DNA of 40,047 bases from positions 1 through 40,047 of IMG/VR virus record IMGVR_UViG_3300032334_000177; one strand, written 5' to 3'. The first letter of the stretch is position 1, and each line of letters starts with the position of its first letter. Positions 25,671-35,819 of this stretch are shown piece by piece. This DNA comes from a virus. Lineage: Duplodnaviria; Caudoviricetes. The notes below the pieces were generated by a model that made no database searches, was not told the DNA's origin, and was given only the letters and a program-made list of their open reading frames with translations. A program made the position numbers and the translations under genes.

Positions 25671-28600
25671 TTAAATATAAATTGGAATGTACCCAGTAAC
25701 ACCGCCAACGGTTACTTGAATATACTTTACTAGGTTATATGTCAAAGTAACAGGAGGATATGCAGTTGGCAAACTTCCGCTTGAACCATTATTAACCGTG
25801 GTAACTAATTGAACACCATTCCAAAGCTGTGCATTTAAGTTAGTTACTACAGTTGAACTATTAACCGTCATTGGCGCAACAGATGTGCTTCCAGTAAGCG
25901 TAACAGGAATACCCAAAGAGGATGTTATTTGCAATCCATTTCCAGCCAACGCATTAGAAAATAACCCTGTGGAAATAGAATTAGATATATTAGATACGGT
26001 TAATGCTTGTCCAGACGTAGAACTAATATTTGCACCAGTTCCACTACTACTTGAGGCATTTAATCCTGTTCCTGATCCTGTACTAAGGGCAAATACACCA
26101 GTACCGGATGTTCCAGAATAGGCAACAATTCCATTGGGCGCACTTCCAGAACCATTAAAGTGTCCTGATGCCGCATAAGAGCCAACAGTGTAATTTCCCG
26201 AAACAACAATATAACCTGGTGTATTAATACTCCCCGCTGTTAATGTTCCCATATCTGCGCTAATTGCAGACAAGTTGCCAACTTTTAAATTAGATAAGTA
26301 TGGCGTTCCCCATGTTGTTTGATTGGTTACTGGGTTATAAATACCATCCGATTGAAACATTGCTTGTGATGATCCTGGCGTTTGCACCGTTGTGGTAAAC
26401 GCCGTTGCCGATGTGGGGCTAAAGTCAGTTGTTGCCGGTAGCGTTGTCCCCGATTTAACCACCGCTGCGCCGGTAACCGTAGGATTGCCTGTGTAAAGTG
26501 CATACGCCCGTGCCGCACTATTTCCCGCTGATCCTGTTGATCCTGTGGCCCCTGTTGGCCCTGTTGCGCCATTTTGGGCAATAGATGATATGGAAGCACC
26601 CGTCCATGAAACTGACGTTGTGGTTGTCCCTGCATAAGCAGTAATGCCTTTTGTGGCGGCATAAAGATTCCATCCAGCAGTGCCAGGATTTGTAGGAATG
26701 GTAACGCTCCACCCACCACCGCCTGTGTATCCAGAATTGGTAGCAGTCGCCCAAGTGTAGGTAGAAGTGCCTGTTGGGCCACTAGGCGTACTTGCTGCCC
26801 ATTGATATAGATAAACTTGTGCGGTTTGCGATCCAACTGTTCCGGTAGGAATCCAACTAAATGATCCACTTGTCCCGCTAATTGCACTTTGCCCTGTTTC
26901 ATTTAATACCAACGCACCAAAATAATAAGTGTTTGCTGGTAATGATTGATTTAAAAATGTGAACGTTGTACTGTTAGCCAATACGCCATTTGTGGGTGCA
27001 AAGAATTTATCTAATATAGTCCAATCGCTAATTGAAGGCGTTGCTACAGTTGTATAGAACAATCCAATAGCAGTAACCCGTCCAATAGCCGGAGTGGTAA
27101 TTTGCACATCAAAGTTTGGCACGGTTGCTGTTGGGCGTGATGTAGATACAACCGGAGGATTTAATCCTGAGAAAAACTGAACAGAAGCAAAATTGCTATT
27201 GGGAGCCGGTGTATATTGCGTGATAGAACCATCATCATAAACAGCAGCGTTATATTCAATTAAATCAAGTGATGCACCAAGGTTGCCATCAGGCAAAGAT
27301 ACCTCGCTTACTTTCATTGCTCTAAATAGTTTGTTGTTCCATCCGTAAGCAGTATTGGTTAGTGTTACCACATCGCCGGCATCAACTTGAATTGCAGGGT
27401 AAGCAGCGTTAATCGTAACAATCAAATCTTCTCGCGCTTGCTCAAGCATACGATTTGCAATGTAAGTCGCTTGGACGCTTTCGTTTATTAAATCAAAATT
27501 GCAAGAATATTTGTTTACTGGTTCATTGGCATAAAGCAATCCAGTAGGTGTTTCCAGATAAACAACATCGGGTTGATCTCTATTCATCTTGTTGGGAAAA
27601 CTTGCCTCAATCTGATTGATTGAATTGCTAATGTCAATCAACGATGTTTTGATTTCCCCAATAACGTTTGTATCGTCAAAAGAAAACGAACTACTTGCAT
27701 CACGATTGACAACAACAGTCCATTGCCCCGATGCGGCGTTGTACTGGTTCCATGAATCGCAAGCCAACATGATTTTGTCAATGTTGGACAATACGTTTTG
27801 GCCTGTGTCCAATACGCCGTTAACGCGATAGCGCACTTGTGTGGCCGAGCCGCCCGTGCTTGGAGTGTAGGTAATGGTGGCATCAGAATAGGTGTTCAGC
27901 GCAATAGCCGAATCCCTATTAATCAAAGTGGACAAAATTGCTGTACCTGTTCCTGCTCCTACTCCTGTGGCAGTAAACCAAACGCCTACGTTATTATTTA
28001 ACGCACCAATGGACGTAAAGTTGGTAGTTCCAAGGGCGGCAATTTTGTAAGTGTTTCCAACAACAAATGAACCAGCAGCGGTAGTCGGCATGGAGTTGTT
28101 AAGCATCCCACCGCCATAGGTTTCATTGCCTATGTAGTCAAACCAAACATCGCCAGGCTTGGCCGCGCCGGTATTGTTTAAGTAATGGCTTACGTTAAAC
28201 GTGATTGGCTGAAGCTGGGTTGTTCCGGCCTCTACGCTATAGGTTAGTTTTGCAATGGCAAACGCTAGGCCATTCATTTGGCGTGTACCTGTCCAGCGCA
28301 AAGCAGTTGTAATGTCAGCGCCGCCCATAAACGTAGATGGGGCCGTGCCGGTGACGTTAGTGATTACGCCAGCATCGGTAGACGTATACAAGTTAATGTA
28401 TAAATTCCCACTGATTTTGGAATCAACATTACCAGCACCATCGGTGAGGCTTACTACTTTTGTAGGATCGGTTGCATCAAACGTGACTATCCTATCGCCA
28501 TAGTAAAAGTTTCCTTTGGTGGCTGTTCCGCTTCCGGTTCCCGCGCCTGTACAAATAAAGGTAACGCCTACGGTGTTTGCAGATGCACCAATCAAAGTAA

Positions 28601-29018
28601 AGTTGGTTGATCCTACGGTTGTAATTGTGTAAATCGTACCAACCGCAAAACTACCTGCATTTACTGTAGTTGATTGATTGTAAAGAAATTGTCCATTAGG
28701 GCTAATGCTTGAAATAGCCATAACGTAGTACATGACTTTTTGATCGATTGTCAAAACCGCATCAACAAACGTACCACCTAGATAAGCATCACCATAAACG
28801 ATTGGAAGGCTATTAGTGGTAGCTGGTGCTACTTGTTGTCTTACGCCATTGTCAATAGATGAATTGGCATTTTGATCTACAGAAAATGTACGGGCAACAA
28901 TGCCAGACACTACAAAATTAATTGCAAAAGTAGCCGCAGCATATCCAACCGTACCCAATGCAGTAATCGCTAATGCTGTTGTTTCATATATAGCGGCAAG
29001 AATAATTGATGCTGGCAT
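25671..29018 (-). CDS. Tail tip/central fibre protein (J-like)
   Basis: LPIVYG, RY..NGVLD, GDVV.L and LSAISA..GT..AG; position after the hub genes. Confidence 0.8.
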   Translation of the reverse strand: MPASIILAAIYETTALAITALGTVGYAAATFAINFVVSGIVARTFSVDQNANSSIDNGVRQQVAPATTNSLPIVYGDAYLGGTFVDAVLTIDQKVMYYVMAISSISPNGQFLYNQSTTVNAGSFAVGTIYTITTVGSTNFTLIGASANTVGVTFICTGAGTGSGTATKGNFYYGDRIVTFDATDPTKVVSLTDGAGNVDSKISGNLYINLYTSTDAGVITNVTGTAPSTFMGGADITTALRWTGTRQMNGLAFAIAKLTYSVEAGTTQLQPITFNVSHYLNNTGAAKPGDVWFDYIGNETYGGGMLNNSMPTTAAGSFVVGNTYKIAALGTTNFTSIGALNNNVGVWFTATGVGAGTGTAILSTLINRDSAIALNTYSDATITYTPSTGGSATQVRYRVNGVLDTGQNVLSNIDKIMLACDSWNQYNAASGQWTVVVNRDASSSFSFDDTNVIGEIKTSLIDISNSINQIEASFPNKMNRDQPDVVYLETPTGLLYANEPVNKYSCNFDLINESVQATYIANRMLEQAREDLIVTINAAYPAIQVDAGDVVTLTNTAYGWNNKLFRAMKVSEVSLPDGNLGASLDLIEYNAAVYDDGSITQYTPAPNSNFASVQFFSGLNPPVVSTSRPTATVPNFDVQITTPAIGRVTAIGLFYTTVATPSISDWTILDKFFAPTNGVLANSTTFTFLNQSLPANTYYFGALVLNETGQSAISGTSGSFSWIPTGTVGSQTAQVYLYQWAASTPSGPTGTSTYTWATATNSGYTGGGGWSVTIPTNPGTAGWNLYAATKGITAYAGTTTTSVSWTGASISSIAQNGATGPTGATGSTGSAGNSAARAYALYTGNPTVTGAAVVKSGTTLPATTDFSPTSATAFTTTVQTPGSSQAMFQSDGIYNPVTNQTTWGTPYLSNLKVGNLSAISADMGTLTAGSINTPGYIVVSGNYTVGSYAASGHFNGSGSAPNGIVAYSGTSGTGVFALSTGSGTGLNASSSSGTGANISSTSGQALTVSNISNSISTGLFSNALAGNGLQITSSLGIPVTLTGSTSVAPMTVNSSTVVTNLNAQLWNGVQLVTTVNNGSSGSLPTAYPPVTLTYNLVKYIQVTVGGVTGYIPIYI

Positions 29019-29019
29019 T

Positions 29020-29469
29020 TTATTGTTCTCTAAAAAAGGTTGCTTCCATTAGCTTATAACCGCGCTTTGTGTAATCAATAAATGGAGAGTTTGCCAGCAC
29101 AGAAGTACAAGCAAAAGTCACCCTGCCATCATTAATCATTTCTTGCGCCATCTTGTCAAATTCTTTCCATAGCCTACCACCAACAGTGCTTTCCCGATGT
29201 TCTGGTTTTACCCACCATGCAATTTCATTTAACTGAATAACATTGGGACACCAAAAGTTATTGATAACCATTGCCGCCAAGAACCCTCGATTGTCATTAT
29301 CAATCAATACAAACCCTTTTCCGGCCATCATCATTGCCATTAACTGAGCAACATGACTTTCGTTGTGGGCTTGCTTTTGTCGTATAGCTTCAATAGGTGC
29401 TTGCGCTGAATACTCTCGCATCATCTCTATCAAAACCGGCATATCGTATTTTGTCGCTTGTCTTATCAT
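29020..29469 (-). CDS. GNAT-fold acetyltransferase-like protein
   Basis: MIRQAT..D, E.AWWV.PEHR...VG.RL and Y..RGY...E. Confidence 0.7.
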   Translation of the reverse strand: MIRQATKYDMPVLIEMMREYSAQAPIEAIRQKQAHNESHVAQLMAMMMAGKGFVLIDNDNRGFLAAMVINNFWCPNVIQLNEIAWWVKPEHRESTVGGRLWKEFDKMAQEMINDGRVTFACTSVLANSPFIDYTKRGYKLMEATFFREQ

Positions 29470-29470
29470 G

Positions 29471-30154
29471 CTATCCCTTGAATGTTTTAACAGATGGTTC
29501 AGTAGCTATATTTGTTCCGCCAGATTGATGTCCAATTCCACTCGGTGTAATTGTTGCCGCTTGGCTTGATTGAACCGGCGGCGCACCAAAGTCAAAATAG
29601 GTTGCAGCAATCACTGGCACACGATTCATGGAAGTATCACTAGCATAAATAAAGTTCCAGGCTTTGGGCGTAGTCTTAATGCCTTGTATTCGATTTTCAA
29701 GGATGGTGCGGAAGCTGGCGCAGCTAATGCCTACGGTGGCTATTCTTACTCGCATCTGATCGTCAAACTGCTCGGTAATAGATGCGTTGGACACAATGCC
29801 CGTATATCGCTTAAAGAACTGTTGTGTTGGCGTTGTAATGATCTGATTCTGGCTATCCAAGAATCCGCGCCATATATCAATGTTAGAACCCTTGATGTTG
29901 GCCGCAAGAACCGTAGCAACGTTTGTACCATCCACGCCGGTAAGTTGAATTGCCAAGTCGGTAGATGTAGCTTTAATGTTGCGATCAATCGGTGATATGG
30001 AAAGCAAACTACCAAGATTGGTAAACGTCATCCCATTGACTGTGATGGCCGTTGCCGCATTACAAAAATAATAGGTATCGGTTGTGGTAATCAACCGGAT
30101 AAATTCAGCCTGTACGATTGATGGGCTCGACAGAGCCGTCATTGTGGTGCTCAT
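29471..30154 (-). CDS. Minor tail (hub-like) protein
   Basis: Position after the distal tail gene; G....LG.LL, I.RGF.D and DFG motifs. Confidence 0.65.
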   Translation of the reverse strand: MSTTMTALSSPSIVQAEFIRLITTTDTYYFCNAATAITVNGMTFTNLGSLLSISPIDRNIKATSTDLAIQLTGVDGTNVATVLAANIKGSNIDIWRGFLDSQNQIITTPTQQFFKRYTGIVSNASITEQFDDQMRVRIATVGISCASFRTILENRIQGIKTTPKAWNFIYASDTSMNRVPVIAATYFDFGAPPVQSSQAATITPSGIGHQSGGTNIATEPSVKTFKG

Positions 30155-30801
30155 CCTGTAATGTCCTCAATAAATACAAAGTCGCCGTCCCATTGAACAA
30201 ATGCGCCGTTTGTCATTGGATTAAGTGTATATGTTGGGCATTGTGATGCAAGTAGATAAAAAGTGCAATCAGAACCTACCGCAGTCAATGTTCCAACGGT
30301 AGGTGTGCCTATGATTGGACGATGCAAAGTGACGTTTACCGTACTTCCCGATCCACGCAATATTTGGGCGGTTACCTTATAAGAATAAATCCCAATCTGA
30401 ATAAAATCGCCAGCAGCAAAAATTACTACAGTTGATGCTACTGAAGGTAGATTTCCAACGCTAATTGTTGTGGCGTTTACGGCTGGCGCTGAAGCAAGAG
30501 TAAGCGCAGACGCTTGTCCAGATGTTAAGCCGCCTTGATAGGCCGTAAACCAATTTAACCCTGATTCAACAAAACTGATGGTTTGTGGAATCTGCCTGTC
30601 GTAATTGTCAATTGTTTGGATGACATCCCGAACCTGCGGGTAATACAGAAAGTTGTGCGGACGAACAACAAAGTTCCACGGCACAGACGTAAGGTACTGC
30701 GCCACGCGAACCTGGCCCGAACGACTGACTTGCTGCCCAACCGTGCGGCGGTTTTGGACGCTGATAGATTGGCTAATGTTAAATATGGTTTGAAACGACA
30801 T
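30151..30801 (-). CDS. Distal tail protein-like
   Basis: Immediately after the tape measure gene. Confidence 0.6.
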   Translation of the reverse strand: MSFQTIFNISQSISVQNRRTVGQQVSRSGQVRVAQYLTSVPWNFVVRPHNFLYYPQVRDVIQTIDNYDRQIPQTISFVESGLNWFTAYQGGLTSGQASALTLASAPAVNATTISVGNLPSVASTVVIFAAGDFIQIGIYSYKVTAQILRGSGSTVNVTLHRPIIGTPTVGTLTAVGSDCTFYLLASQCPTYTLNPMTNGAFVQWDGDFVFIEDITG

Positions 30802-33560
30802 TATGTTCTCCCGCGCCCGACAGAGATATTTTTAGCGCCATAGGCATTTGCCGCCCACACCGCCTTAGAACTGCCAAGGATACGATCCTCAAAGGATTTG
30901 GTATCAATGGCATTGATGTTGTAGTTTGTCACGTTTGTCGTGCCGCCCATGCTGCCAAGCTGATTGTTAGGGATAATGGTTCCTGCTGTTTTGGGTACAA
31001 ATATTTCGGGGCCGCGCTCACCAACTAAAGACGGCATACCTACTGGTGGAGAACCACCATCAGCAAACTCTGGCATTTGGAATTGTGATTGCGTCATGCC
31101 TGTAATAGGAGCTCCCAAGAACGCACCTGTTGACAGCATAGCCATAAGCCCTGTTAACCCATTACCACCACTCAAAGCCCTCCACAAGTTCATTGCAGAG
31201 GCTTTCAACTCAATCTTCATCAAGTCTTTAATAATGCTTCCAGCGAGATCATGGAAAGACAAGATGCCGGACTCCACAAAGTTGTCCAAAGCATTGTTCA
31301 TGTTGTTCCATACAGTATCGTTAATGCGTTGAGTTTCTTTTAACTGATCTGCAATCTCAATGTTCAAACTCAAATCTGCTTTTTTGGCAGCAGCTTTCTT
31401 TTTCATTGCCTCAAGACTGTCAGGATCATAAAGTCCGCTTGACTCAAGGCGCTTTAATTCCCGTTGATATTGAAGTTCTATTTCTGCTAGTTTTACTTCT
31501 TTTTCCCTAAAACCAACCATTGCTATTTGATTTTTAAGTTTATCTTTTTCTATAGCTGCGGTTTCTTCTGCTTTATCATAAAAAGCAACATCAGCTTGCA
31601 CTCTTTCAAAACGTAGCTTGTTTTCCTCATCAGTAATTTTCTGACGATCTTCACGTTCTTTGATTGCAGCGTCAATATTTTTAATGCGTTGTTTATCACG
31701 AAATGTTTCTAACTTTGATTCATAATTTGCAATTTCTTTTTCTTCTTCTGCATTAAATAAATCAGTTCTTTCTTTTACAAAAGCAGCATCTTTTTCTAAA
31801 ATATCTTTGTTGTATTGTTCACGCAATTCAATAAGATTAAACGATGCTTCTTCTGTAATTTTGTGCTCTTCATCCAACGATGACATCAAAGCAATATGAT
31901 CTGCTTGACGCTTTGCTTTTGCAGCATTATCTTCTAAAGTTTTGCCTTGTTTAAGTAATTCTTTAAGTTGCAAATTATGCTCAGCAATTGTTTTAAGAAT
32001 TTCAGCATTTGCTTTTTTTCTATAATCTTCAGCAAATACTGCGTTTTTTCCTTTTATATTTTCTAAATAATCTGCTTCAATTTTTTCTTGTGAAGACGCA
32101 AGATTAGCATCTAATTTTAAAATTGCATTGTTAGTTAGCATTGCACTGGAAAGACGCGCAGCGCGTAAAGCATCATCTGTTTGCTTTTGAATTTGCTCTT
32201 GTTTGCTTAAACCACCAGCCGCAGCATAATCATCAATTTTCTTTGATTCTTCTACGATCTTATCGCTACGCGCTTGTTCAGCAACAATTCCGGCAACTAA
32301 TCTATCTTTGATTGCCGTTAATCTATCAATTTCTTTATCTTGCGTATTTTGTCCACCTCTTTCCCAAGGCATTAATGCTTTGCTTTTGTAATTGGCGGTA
32401 GTTGCAAGTTTATTTATCTGTACTTGTAACTCAATAATTCTTTCTGCGCCGGTTTGCTCTTTACCAATTCCTTTAAGTGTTTCCCAAAAATCAGAAAGAA
32501 ATTTACCAGTAGCTTCATAGGCTTGCCCAAGCAAACCAACATTTACTTTTTGACGATTTAAACTAGCATTTAATGCATCAGAAACCTCAATAATTGCTTC
32601 TTGTTTTTTGCCATTTTTTTCTAATACTTCAATATTTTTATATTGTTCAAGTGTTAAAAAATGGAATTGTGAATTTAATTTAGCAGCAGATGATGCAGAA
32701 CCATCTAATGATGGGATAAGTTTTTCAGCCGCTGCTTTTTGTGCTTCACCACTTAATTCCGCATATTTTTCAATAACTGTTGCAACAGAATTAAATGTTT
32801 GTTTTGTGAACTGTCCAGAACTAATCATGGCGTTCAAAATATCTTTAGCTTCTCCTACTGATGCTTTAGAAGAAGAACTAATTACACGGGCCATGCCCTC
32901 AAAATCATTGGCACTTACTTGAGAATAGTTTCCAGTTAAAAGAATTGATTTGTTTAATTTGTCAATTTCTTCATGGCCTAAATATGCAGCATAAGCCACA
33001 GTACCAAAAGCAGCGCCTAGTCCAACCAATGCTCCAGTAGTAGAAAATATTAATCCGCCAAGAACATTAAACATTGGGCGCAAACCACCCATTACGTCTT
33101 TAAGCTGTCCACCTTGCTGGAGAGCAGCAATCAATACGTTTTGTCCTGATGCGACTTGAGTAACAAAGTCGGTTGTTTGATACATCAGGTTCTGCTGCTG
33201 AAAACCTGTAAGCCCGTTTTGCGCTTTGCCAGCTTTTTTGGCGGCGGCTTCAACTGCATCATAAGCAGCGGCTTGCTGCAATAAAAGCGCATGAGTTTCT
33301 TTTAACTTTGCATCATTTTGAGTGCCATATTTTCCTTCATTAATGGCACGTTGCATCAACTCTACTTTTGTTAGAGTTTTTCCATAATCTTCAGTTGCAC
33401 GAACAAGATCGGCCAAATCTCCAGCCGCCCGATTCATATCTTTTTTTAGTTCATTGCCTAGCTTGCGATTGGCTAAAATGGCTTTATCAATAGATGCCGT
33501 AAATTCGGCCATATCTAGGCCAAGAACAACGCCAAGTCTTGCAATATTATTTGATGCCAT
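30801..33560 (-). CDS. Tape measure protein (lambda-like)
   Basis: Q.TD...Q.ASGQ......LQQGGQ, long helical body and FA.GG......LVGERGPEIFVP. Confidence 0.92.
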   Translation of the reverse strand: MASNNIARLGVVLGLDMAEFTASIDKAILANRKLGNELKKDMNRAAGDLADLVRATEDYGKTLTKVELMQRAINEGKYGTQNDAKLKETHALLLQQAAAYDAVEAAAKKAGKAQNGLTGFQQQNLMYQTTDFVTQVASGQNVLIAALQQGGQLKDVMGGLRPMFNVLGGLIFSTTGALVGLGAAFGTVAYAAYLGHEEIDKLNKSILLTGNYSQVSANDFEGMARVISSSSKASVGEAKDILNAMISSGQFTKQTFNSVATVIEKYAELSGEAQKAAAEKLIPSLDGSASSAAKLNSQFHFLTLEQYKNIEVLEKNGKKQEAIIEVSDALNASLNRQKVNVGLLGQAYEATGKFLSDFWETLKGIGKEQTGAERIIELQVQINKLATTANYKSKALMPWERGGQNTQDKEIDRLTAIKDRLVAGIVAEQARSDKIVEESKKIDDYAAAGGLSKQEQIQKQTDDALRAARLSSAMLTNNAILKLDANLASSQEKIEADYLENIKGKNAVFAEDYRKKANAEILKTIAEHNLQLKELLKQGKTLEDNAAKAKRQADHIALMSSLDEEHKITEEASFNLIELREQYNKDILEKDAAFVKERTDLFNAEEEKEIANYESKLETFRDKQRIKNIDAAIKEREDRQKITDEENKLRFERVQADVAFYDKAEETAAIEKDKLKNQIAMVGFREKEVKLAEIELQYQRELKRLESSGLYDPDSLEAMKKKAAAKKADLSLNIEIADQLKETQRINDTVWNNMNNALDNFVESGILSFHDLAGSIIKDLMKIELKASAMNLWRALSGGNGLTGLMAMLSTGAFLGAPITGMTQSQFQMPEFADGGSPPVGMPSLVGERGPEIFVPKTAGTIIPNNQLGSMGGTTNVTNYNINAIDTKSFEDRILGSSKAVWAANAYGAKNISVGRGRT

Positions 33561-33562
33561 TT

Positions 33563-34048
33563 TTATTTCCTTCGCCGAGCCAATTTAGCCGCATACGCTG
33601 GGATTATAAAAGCAAGGCGTTCTTTAAGTACGGTTAAAACATCTTCTGCTCTAGCATCCAACGCTGGCCGCAAAAAAGGCTGCATTGCCATTTTTTTAGT
33701 GCCAAATTCATTGGCTAGGGATACGGCGCTTTTCTTTACAGACAATACCGCAATGACAGCATCTGTGGGGTTGACATAGCCAGATTGCTGATCTTTAGCA
33801 TTTGGAATGCGGGCATCCACTCTGAGGGTTTCCCTCATGTGAATTTTGGTGGTGTTTTTGGCATCATAATGAGCCATTGATTGCGCCGTGTTTAACGCTG
33901 GCTCCATTGCGTCTTTGGCGGCTTTTACAAGGGTGTTTCTGGCTACTAAATCGGAGCGGAACCCTTCTGCCAAGGCTTTTAATTGCGTCTCAAATTCGGC
34001 AAATCCTTCTAACTGGATTGTCCTATTATTGGGGACGTAATCGGCCAT
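33563..34048 (-). CDS. HK97 gp10-like tail completion protein
   Basis: EFGTKKMAMQPFLRPALD. Confidence 0.8.
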   Translation of the reverse strand: MADYVPNNRTIQLEGFAEFETQLKALAEGFRSDLVARNTLVKAAKDAMEPALNTAQSMAHYDAKNTTKIHMRETLRVDARIPNAKDQQSGYVNPTDAVIAVLSVKKSAVSLANEFGTKKMAMQPFLRPALDARAEDVLTVLKERLAFIIPAYAAKLARRRK

Positions 34049-34049
34049 A

Positions 34050-34394
34050 TCATTCTTTCAAGAACTGTTCTGCATCGGGACGCGAAAGCATAAATGCCAG
34101 CAATTGGTTATTGAGTTGTAGTTTCGTTTCTTCCTCTGTGGGAGGGGGAACGATGTAATCGTGTAGTGATGGCAACACATCCTGCATTTTGTAGGGTGAT
34201 GCCGTGCTTTTTATTTTGGCATTTAGGTTGCCTGTAGTCAAGCAACTGATTGCCAAAGCAATAGCCTTGTTTCCAATAAACCCGTCACTCAGCAGAATTT
34301 CGATATTCCGAAAATCGTCTGAACTTATCTTGTCAGGACACCCGCCGTGAGCCAGGATATACGCCCTAGCCTGTGAGCGAATGTCCCGTATTAG
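34050..34394 (-). CDS. Tail assembly chaperone frameshift extension (gpT-like)
   Basis: The -1 frame is open from the slippery site (LIRDIRSQARAYILAHGG...) into ORF 34050..34256. Confidence 0.75.
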   Translation of the reverse strand, partial: LIRDIRSQARAYILAHGGCPDKISSDDFRNIEILLSDGFIGNKAIALAISCLTTGNLNAKIKSTASPYKMQDVLPSLHDYIVPPPTEEETKLQLNNQLLAFMLSRPDAEQFLKE

Positions 34395-34843
34395 TTTTTT
34401 CTTGCGTCCTTGTAACCTGGCTGAATAGCCTCAGAAATCTTTTCTAGGATTTCCATTTGCACTTGAGTCGGCCACTCAGCTTCTACTTCCTCATAGGTGA
34501 TGTCATCCAGCGAACCATTGGCCGGCACAAGCAGTTTGATGTACTCAAGAATCTTGTTTTCCATTGTGTAGACTGTTTTTGTCAGTCCCATAATAGAACG
34601 GCCATCTACGATAACATCATCATCCGAAACTACGACACCTTCAATGGCATCCTTCTTAAAAGGAGCCGCCATTTTCTCAAAACGCTCGGCTACCTTGGCA
34701 TCATCCAACTTAATGATGCGATCCTGCATATCTTCCATTTCTTTGGACAGGGGAACACGAACTTTAAATTCATGATTGCCCAAAGTGAAGGTTTTGATCC
34801 GCAGGGATTGTGAATCGCCAAATGCTGTTGCTAACTTGCTCAT
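34391..34843 (-). CDS. Tail assembly chaperone (gpG-like)
   Basis: Ends GCA AGA AAA AAC TAA with an A AAA AAC slippery heptamer; lies between tail tube and TMP. Confidence 0.8.
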   Translation of the reverse strand: MSKLATAFGDSQSLRIKTFTLGNHEFKVRVPLSKEMEDMQDRIIKLDDAKVAERFEKMAAPFKKDAIEGVVVSDDDVIVDGRSIMGLTKTVYTMENKILEYIKLLVPANGSLDDITYEEVEAEWPTQVQMEILEKISEAIQPGYKDARKN

Positions 34844-34846
34844 GTT

Positions 34847-35068
34847 TTATCCTTTGATAATTTTGTGGTAAATCTTGTTGTTCAATTCCAATGCGTAGGA
34901 TACTACTTCATCGGGAGTCATCTTATCAGCATGATGCCGCGCAATCTCATGGGCCAGCGTTACCGCCGTCATGCGTTGTTGGTGAAACCCAAACCAATCT
35001 TTACGGGATTCGGATTGGGTTACCAAGAACCCTAGTAAGTCATTCGTGTTTTGTATTTTAGTTTCCAT
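34847..35068 (-). CDS. Hypothetical protein
   Basis: ORF with GAGG RBS in the tail operon. Confidence 0.65.
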   Translation of the reverse strand: METKIQNTNDLLGFLVTQSESRKDWFGFHQQRMTAVTLAHEIARHHADKMTPDEVVSYALELNNKIYHKIIKG

Positions 35069-35287
35069 TTATTCCTCTGAAGGTGGTGGAGTGTATCGTG
35101 TAGGGGCCGTATAAGGGTTGTGTTTTGCAAGAACCCGCAAAGCAACTCCCTCTGCCGAGTCAGACTCAGTAGAGGAAAGTGCTTGTGCGACTTCCGCAGC
35201 GTCTACTACCAATCCTCGGGCAATGGTGTCCAAGTCTTGATAAGTGCTGGTTAGCACCTCCAGCGCGGCGGTAAGTTGTTCAGACAT
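35069..35287 (-). CDS. Hypothetical protein
   Basis: ATG 35287 overlaps the tail tube stop (TAATG). Confidence 0.65.
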   Translation of the reverse strand: MSEQLTAALEVLTSTYQDLDTIARGLVVDAAEVAQALSSTESDSAEGVALRVLAKHNPYTAPTRYTPPPSEE

Positions 35288-35805
35288 TAGGTATTGCTCC
35301 AACCATACTGATTGCCACGGGGGTGAACCGTAAACGTGCATTTAGCCTCTGCGCCAGGTGCAGAGTCAATCTGGAACTGCGATACACGGCCATTAAAGGC
35401 GTATGCAATCGTAGTTGCGCCAGCCACCGCAGCCACCACAAAAGTACGATCAATCACGCCGCTGTAGGCATCACCACGAATCAACAGAAGGCCGGCATCC
35501 GAGGGATTCCATGCCGCAGTGATAGTCATGCTGGTAGGAGCAGATTGCGTTGGGATTTTGTCGCTTTGACGCGATCCAGCAACCATAAAAGAGGCCACGG
35601 CATCGTCTTGTCCAAAAGCGGGAACCGCCTCAACGTTAAGCTGAGTACCTGCTGCGCCTGTACCGTTGGCCGTTGTACCTACGATAGTGGCGACTTGTGC
35701 CGTCCACACCGATAGGTTTGCGGTGGAAAATGCTGTGGGGGATGCGCCTGTTTGCATCCACATTGAGGCCGAAAAGCCTGGTAGAACTACTGCTGGTGCT
35801 GCCAT
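35287..35805 (-). CDS. Tail tube (major tail) protein paralogue 2
   Basis: Shares long identical blocks with 35820..36317; AAGGAG RBS. Confidence 0.75.
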   Translation of the reverse strand: MAAPAVVLPGFSASMWMQTGASPTAFSTANLSVWTAQVATIVGTTANGTGAAGTQLNVEAVPAFGQDDAVASFMVAGSRQSDKIPTQSAPTSMTITAAWNPSDAGLLLIRGDAYSGVIDRTFVVAAVAGATTIAYAFNGRVSQFQIDSAPGAEAKCTFTVHPRGNQYGWSNT

Positions 35806-35819
35806 GATGTTGCTCCTTA

